Part shown: piece by piece, positions 59,444 to 64,000 of the stretch
Position numbering within the stretch: the first letter of the stretch is position 1
Layout of the letters: each line of letters begins with the position of its first letter
IMG/VR virus record: IMGVR_UViG_3300014836_000320
Span: 1 to 64,000 of that record
DNA length: 64,000 nucleotides
DNA from: a virus
Lineage: Duplodnaviria > Caudoviricetes
Strand: one strand, 5' to 3'
The notes under the pieces: generated by a model
What the model saw: the letters and a program-made list of their open reading frames with translations, nothing else
The model's database searches: none
Told to the model about the DNA's origin: nothing
Program-made: the position numbers and the translations under genes

Positions 59444-60649
59444 TTACCTACGATTGGCAGGCACATAATTGGCAGTAATGCCAAACGGTGCAGTGATATC
59501 TCTGCTACCATGCACAACAAACAAGGTATCGCAGTAGTCTGGATCACCCCAACTACCACAAGGATAGCCGTCTGTGAACATCACCAACTGGTGCGGATGG
59601 ACTTCATTGTCCTTCATCCACTGCCATACACATTCAAATGCAGTTCCACCACCGCCTTGAATAGGATATTCGCTCATGTCGCGGCCATCATCGCTGGTGA
59701 ATTCGTCTTCGTTGTAGACGCTGGTATCAAAGGTAATGATACGAACCTTGTAAGACGTAAACTGATCCAGCGAGCCTTGCACCATGCCCAAGAAGTCTGA
59801 CAGCATGTCCTCGCCAATGGATCCAGAAGCGTCTAATGCAACCACAATGTCAAGTTCCTCGCCAGGCAGTTGACCGGGCAAGACTGCACCAGTGTGCCAG
59901 GCCTTACGATTAGGACGCATCCAGGTGTAGTCGCTTTTGAGCGAACCACTGAACTGAATACGAAGCAGATCCTTCAAGTCCATTACAGGTGCAGTAATGT
60001 CTTTGACCAAACGCTGGATATCGCCTGGCACATTGCCGGCACCTGCATTCTTTGCGGCCTGAAGCACAGCCTCACGCCATTCGTCACGCAAGGCCTTCTT
60101 TTCTTCTTCAGTCAACGGCTTCATCTTAGGACGGCCCTTGCCATCCTTGCTGTCAGTGCCGTCGCCGTCACCTTCATCTTCACCGTCCCCATCAGGGTCC
60201 ATGTGCATGTCCAAGGTCATCTTAATTTCTACAGCATTGGCCATGAGTTCGTCATAGACTTCGTCTGCGGTCTTGCCAGTGTATTTAGAGTCCAACAAGA
60301 TTGGCACCGCTTGAATAGCACGGCCAATACCTTCACGGACCAACATGCCGTTGATCACATAGTCGCCAGCCATGTTCCAGACCTGCGGATTACGATCACC
60401 GCGGCGTGACATGTGATCAAAAATAATGTGGCCAAGTTCGTGGCCAAAGCCAAAAATTAGTTCTTGCTCGTCAAGTTTTTGGATGAAGTCGGAATTGTAA
60501 TAAAAAGACCTGCCGTCGGTGGCCAATGTAGGACACCAATCGCATTCTTCTAGTTTGAGTCGGGCGGCCAAAGGACCCCAGAAAGGATACTTCAGTAGCA
60601 TAGCGACACGAGTCTTAATCAACTTATCGCGGGCGGACATCTTTGACAT
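59444..60649 (-). CDS. VWA-domain protein with N-terminal putative metallopeptidase domain (DUF2201-like)
   Basis: HELGH, MIDAS DASGS, GGGT, TDG; start trimmed to ATG 60649 with AGGAG SD. Confidence 0.9.
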   Translation of the reverse strand: MSKMSARDKLIKTRVAMLLKYPFWGPLAARLKLEECDWCPTLATDGRSFYYNSDFIQKLDEQELIFGFGHELGHIIFDHMSRRGDRNPQVWNMAGDYVINGMLVREGIGRAIQAVPILLDSKYTGKTADEVYDELMANAVEIKMTLDMHMDPDGDGEDEGDGDGTDSKDGKGRPKMKPLTEEEKKALRDEWREAVLQAAKNAGAGNVPGDIQRLVKDITAPVMDLKDLLRIQFSGSLKSDYTWMRPNRKAWHTGAVLPGQLPGEELDIVVALDASGSIGEDMLSDFLGMVQGSLDQFTSYKVRIITFDTSVYNEDEFTSDDGRDMSEYPIQGGGGTAFECVWQWMKDNEVHPHQLVMFTDGYPCGSWGDPDYCDTLFVVHGSRDITAPFGITANYVPANRR

Positions 60650-60680
60650 GGTGGCTCCTATGTTTTCAGCGTATGTATCT

Positions 60681-60709
60681 ATTATAGTGCAATTTTGGAT
60701 TAAGGTCAA
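60681..60709 (-). promoter_or_regulatory. Sigma70-type early promoter
   Basis: TTGACC-N17-TATAAT. Confidence 0.85.
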
Positions 60710-60714
60710 CCATT

Positions 60715-61002
60715 TTATTTTGGCCCACACAAGTCCCAAAGCATGGCAACTTGTGGGTCTCTGAACCAAATGGTTTTGCGTGGCACATAGTCCCAATCCA
60801 ATCTTTTTAGGCCTTGATTTCTGGCCCACTCGGTAACTTCACGGATCGCTTGGCTCTGCCATGGGCGGGCAGACCAGCCCTTCCTTTGTTCGCGGAGCCA
60901 CTCGCTGACATCGGATGGTGTTGGAGGCCGGTCTGCCCACTGACTGTGAACGTCTGGCCCATACAATTGCTCTACTATGGGCCATGGGCGTTCTCTATGC
61001 AT
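60715..61002 (-). CDS. Trp-rich hypothetical protein between the AAA and VWA genes
   Basis: 95-aa ORF filling the gap on the coding strand. Confidence 0.6.
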   Translation of the reverse strand: MHRERPWPIVEQLYGPDVHSQWADRPPTPSDVSEWLREQRKGWSARPWQSQAIREVTEWARNQGLKRLDWDYVPRKTIWFRDPQVAMLWDLCGPK

Positions 61003-61004
61003 AC

Positions 61005-62108
61005 TTACTCATCTGTAAGCAGGTTGGCATACCGCTTGAAGAAATCAGGGAAGTTCTTCATCTTCTTGCGGTCAAATACCACCTTGTAATTCTTGAGCAC
61101 GGTGTGAGCACCCATGATAACCATCTCGGGTTCAAAGTTCGCCATCATAAAGCCCAGCCAGTTATCGGCACTTTCATTGAACGTGTCAATCTTGCCAGAA
61201 CGTTTGGCGTCTTCGTAGCGGCTACGAAGTTCGTAGCACAGGCTAGTGACCAGAGCGTAGCCTGCGGACACTTCCTTGGCACGGAACTCCTTGACCTTAC
61301 CATTGAGCACATCTGACGGGTCGGGCAAGTCTGCGGCATGCTTACGATGGGCCATAAACTTAATTGCCATACCTTCACCTACCAGACCAGCCACCATATC
61401 GGTGTTGGAAGAGTCAGGCAGGTTGTCATCCAGCATGTCAGACACGAAACTCCAGGTGCGCGGAGTAGCAAAGGCGCGGTCGTGTTGCACCGGATCAAAA
61501 TTGTAGAGGTCGCCCTTGAACTGCTTCAGGAAACCCACCACATGCGGATGGATCTCATGGCCAAGAGCCCAGTGCTCCCAGTCTTCAAAGTCCACACGGA
61601 TTTCCAAGTGCATGAAGCGGTTAGCCAGTGGGCTAGGCATACGATAGGTAACACCCTTATCGCCCATACGGTTACCTGCGGCAATGATCACTACATTGTT
61701 GGGCAGAGTATACTGGCCTACTTTGCGGTTGAGCACCAACTGATAGGCCGCGGCCTGAACAGCCGGCGGAGCAGAGTTCAACTCGTCCAAGAACAGGAAC
61801 ACAATGTCGTGTTCTTGTGCAAATTCTTTGCTGGGCAATTCTGAAGGGGTAGCCCACTTCATGGTATTGTCGCCTTGACTGTAGTAAGGCACACCTTTAA
61901 TGTCTGTGGGATCCATAAGGGCCATACGCAAGTCAATTACAGTAGAGTTAGGAAACTCACTGGCAACCTGGTTCACCATGTCGGACTTGCCAACACCGGG
62001 AGGACCCCAAACAAATACCGGGCGGCGTTTTGCAACGGCACGGCGAAGAATAGGTTTGCACTCGCTAATCTTAACGGTGCGGGTTTCAACTTGACTACGA
62101 TTTCCCAT
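61005..62108 (-). CDS. MoxR-like AAA+ ATPase
   Basis: WGPPGVGKS, LFLDELN, AAGNR, PLANRF, TPRTW. Confidence 0.92.
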   Translation of the reverse strand: MGNRSQVETRTVKISECKPILRRAVAKRRPVFVWGPPGVGKSDMVNQVASEFPNSTVIDLRMALMDPTDIKGVPYYSQGDNTMKWATPSELPSKEFAQEHDIVFLFLDELNSAPPAVQAAAYQLVLNRKVGQYTLPNNVVIIAAGNRMGDKGVTYRMPSPLANRFMHLEIRVDFEDWEHWALGHEIHPHVVGFLKQFKGDLYNFDPVQHDRAFATPRTWSFVSDMLDDNLPDSSNTDMVAGLVGEGMAIKFMAHRKHAADLPDPSDVLNGKVKEFRAKEVSAGYALVTSLCYELRSRYEDAKRSGKIDTFNESADNWLGFMMANFEPEMVIMGAHTVLKNYKVVFDRKKMKNFPDFFKRYANLLTDE

Positions 62109-62140
62109 GGTGGCTCCTTCAGGGGGTTGATGATGTTTAT

Positions 62141-62169
62141 ATTATAGCAAGGCAGGGTAGAAGTGTCAA
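62141..62169 (-). promoter_or_regulatory. Perfect sigma70 consensus early promoter
   Basis: TTGACA-N17-TATAAT. Confidence 0.9.
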
Positions 62170-62191
62170 CCTCTACCCGCTCCTGCTACAA

Positions 62192-62470
62192 TTAAGAGGC
62201 TGTGGCTTCCTTAGCGCCAGCAGGCTGGACCTGAGCAACAAACTCAGATGCGTCAATCTCAGCCTTAGTCATAGGCTTGGGCAGTTCCACAAACTTGACG
62301 TCAGTGCAACCTGCGCGAACAAGAGTGCGGGTTCGACGCTTGTCGTTAGTATAACGCAGAGCGCCACGACCCTTCTTGTCTACGGCATAGCCGACAAAGG
62401 CAAAGGTCTCGCCAGCGGCAACAGCCTCAACAGCGGCTTCGATGGACTTAGCAGAAACGGGCTTGGACAT
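62192..62470 (-). CDS. Early hypothetical protein
   Basis: 92-aa ORF with own promoter and AGGAG SD. Confidence 0.75.
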   Translation of the reverse strand: MSKPVSAKSIEAAVEAVAAGETFAFVGYAVDKKGRGALRYTNDKRRTRTLVRAGCTDVKFVELPKPMTKAEIDASEFVAQVQPAGAKEATAS

Positions 62471-62526
62471 AATGTAAACTCCTGTGAGTGTGTAAAATGT
62501 AGCAGAACCATTCCGCTACAATGTCT

Positions 62527-62555
62527 ACTATACTAGAGATCCAGATCCTTGTCAA
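62527..62555 (-). promoter_or_regulatory. Sigma70-type early promoter
   Basis: TTGACA-N17-TATAGT. Confidence 0.85.
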
Positions 62556-62697
62556 CCTCTTTTTGAGTCTTGGGTTTTCGCTTGTAAGCCATACGGTTAC
62601 GCTCAACCCTACCTCGAAAAGGGGTATCTGCTGAATAAAGTTCCGTGGCACGGCGCTTTATTTTGGGCAGTTTGACAGTGATAGTGGTTCTTCGCAT
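62533..62697 (-). CDS. 54-aa ArfA-like basic protein (not in ORF track)
   Basis: MRRTTITVKLPKIKRRATELYSADTPFRGRVERNRMAYKRKPKTQKEVDKDLDL; PFRGRVERN..AYKRK resembles E. coli ArfA PLFRQRVEKN...SYMRK. Confidence 0.6.
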   Translation of the reverse strand: MRRTTITVKLPKIKRRATELYSADTPFRGRVERNRMAYKRKPKTQKEVDKDLDL

Positions 62698-62706
62698 AGT
62701 TCACTT

Positions 62707-62735
62707 ATTATGCCTGATTCTGGGTCAAAGGTCAA
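62707..62735 (-). promoter_or_regulatory. Sigma70-type promoter for the ArfA-like ORF
   Basis: TTGACC-N17-CATAAT, 9 nt before ATG. Confidence 0.7.
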
Positions 62736-62754
62736 CCCCTAAATGCCAAAAAAA

Positions 62755-62861
62755 GTGTTGTATTTTTGCAACACGCTAAGTCATTGATTTTTAAGGGTTT
62801 TTTGCTTAATCTGCTAAGTTGTTGATTTTTAAGGGCTTTTTTGTTGTAAAAATGCCACAAT
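62755..62861. promoter_or_regulatory. Two IHF-consensus sites flanked by two related imperfect palindromes
   Basis: TAAGTCATTGATT (62777-62789) and TAAGTTGTTGATT (62815-62827) match YAANNNNTTGATW; GTGTTGTATTTTTGCAACAC (62755-62774) and TTGTTGTAAAAATGCCACAA (about 62842-62861). Confidence 0.65.
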
Positions 62862-62867
62862 TTCTGC

Positions 62868-63302
62868 TTATTTTTTGTGCAAATGTAGGTCACGGACTTG
62901 ACGTAGCACATGGCTCATAGTAGTAAAATGCTCGCTAACCAACTCTAAGGTTGTGTCAATTGGACTAGTAGCCACGCTGGCCATGCCAAATGCAATGGAG
63001 CCCATGTCTTTGAAATAGTTAGGTGAGGGCCAGCGCCGTTGTTTGAACTCCCAAGCATCAATGAACAAGCATTCTTCTCCTACATTACGAAGTTCTATGC
63101 GTTTGGTTAGGCCAGGTTTGGTTTGTGCTGTCATCATTTTGATTGCAATTGGTTCTTCCCACACATCTGTTCGATCTATGGTTCTTGCAATGGTATGCAC
63201 AAGGAACGCTTCAACATCTGGAACCAAATAGGTCTTACTAGCACCTTGTGCTTCCATGACCATTTCCCAACCGGCACGAACATATGGTTCCCAATGCTTC
63301 AT
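62868..63302 (-). CDS. Hypothetical protein
   Basis: 144-aa ORF; TAAATA 5 nt before ATG. Confidence 0.75.
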   Translation of the reverse strand: MKHWEPYVRAGWEMVMEAQGASKTYLVPDVEAFLVHTIARTIDRTDVWEEPIAIKMMTAQTKPGLTKRIELRNVGEECLFIDAWEFKQRRWPSPNYFKDMGSIAFGMASVATSPIDTTLELVSEHFTTMSHVLRQVRDLHLHKK

Positions 63303-63315
63303 GCGGATATTTATT

Positions 63316-64000
63316 CTAGGTGGTAATAATCCTGATCTTATTGCGGTCTTGTTGACTGCGGCATTGATTCATGACACAGGCAAAATGGCTGGTGGGCGGT
63401 TGCCAGTCTGGGTCAAATACATTTCTAGGTTCGCTCCTGCCACCACACTGGCTGTAAGACACAAACCCTCGAGCATTGATCTGCATCCAGTCAACACCAG
63501 CATAACATGGCTTTCCTGTGTAGATAGGATCTGTTGAATTGACCGTTGCCAGGCTCACATAATTGGGATCTGCTTGACCTGGTTGCAAGGGCTCTGTGTT
63601 GTCCTGCCATATATCAGGACGGCCATAGATACGATTAACATCAACAAGATCGTATTCTCTGTGTGGTTCACCGTCTACACCACGCAACATCTGCTCTTGA
63701 CATTGATAGCCAAGACTACGGAAACGTTGAACATGTTCTCTTGACTCTGTGATTGCACCAGGAGCCAATGGCACAGTGATGGCTATTTGTATATCTCTGC
63801 CTTGACTTTCTTCAAATATAAAATCAAACACCTCGTTGTTTTGCCAAGGATGGTAGGTCAGTTCCAAACGATCAATTAAACCCAGTATTGGATAGATTCC
63901 AAACCAAGTGTCATCACCACTGGTTTCAAGACAGATGCTGGCAGGGCGTGACTTTATCTTTTTTAGTAAAGTGCTGAGATGAGGATAGTGTAAAGGTTCA
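63316..64000 (-). CDS. Radical SAM protein with Cys-rich C-terminus, partial (runs off the right edge)
   Basis: Frame open from base 64000: EPLHYPHL..CLETSG..; C-terminal CYAG..C..C....C resembles twitch/SPASM; the CxxxCxxC motif lies outside the window. Confidence 0.6.
   Translation of the reverse strand, partial: EPLHYPHLSTLLKKIKSRPASICLETSGDDTWFGIYPILGLIDRLELTYHPWQNNEVFDFIFEESQGRDIQIAITVPLAPGAITESREHVQRFRSLGYQCQEQMLRGVDGEPHREYDLVDVNRIYGRPDIWQDNTEPLQPGQADPNYVSLATVNSTDPIYTGKPCYAGVDWMQINARGFVSYSQCGGRSEPRNVFDPDWQPPTSHFACVMNQCRSQQDRNKIRIITT

Noticed and set aside
60650-60829. N-terminal extension of the VWA ORF given in the track
   Set aside because: Spans a sigma70 promoter and the 95-aa gene; a strong SD supports ATG 60649
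62155-62178. 7-bp inverted repeat around a -35 box as a terminator
   Set aside because: No U tract follows it; may be an operator but too short to support
62448-62651. 67-aa minus-strand ORF in the track
   Set aside because: Runs across the 62527-62555 promoter and into the next gene; the overlapping 54-aa frame has a promoter and a recognisable motif
1-64000. Stop-codon recoding, tRNA genes, reverse transcriptase/DGR/retron, CRISPR, integrase
   Set aside because: Genes are full length and tightly packed under code 11; I recognised no tRNA, RT, Cas or integrase motifs by eye (tRNAscan-SE would be the decisive check for tRNAs)

Overview
This 64-kb window is part of a large T4-like myovirus (jumbo-phage-type) genome, read with the standard genetic code. 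Sigma70-type early promoters and IHF-consensus sites point to a proteobacterial host (inference). From left to right it contains: a partial coiled-coil fibre gene and a 3TM holin-like gene; the head module (gp23, gp22-like, gp21, core, gp20); a tape measure gene divergent from a gp26-like/gp51-like pair joined by a likely -1 frameshift; a ~600-nt ORF-free, hairpin-rich putative large ncRNA with its own late promoter; resolvase, Hc1-like, gp46, gp47 and gp55-like late sigma genes; the baseplate/tail operon (including a 2997-aa protein); and a subtilisin fused to a virion-type domain carrying a 16-unit YGG-type tract. A ~16-kb cluster of modifying enzymes follows (5 glycosyltransferase-like, methyltransferase-like, 3 2OG-Fe(II) oxygenases, 2 PP-loop ligases, 2 GNAT-like, desaturase, hydroxylase, ThyX). 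The right end holds a second ~170-nt structured RNA candidate, a MoxR/VWA pair, an unannotated ArfA-like ORF, an IHF/palindrome element and a partial radical SAM gene. The strongest system-level leads are the late-expressed tailoring cluster beside the Tyr/Gly-repeat protein, the large ncRNA, and a late translation programme in which at least 7 genes look leaderless and two others have hairpin-occluded RBSs. All family assignments come from motif recognition by eye; no searches were run.
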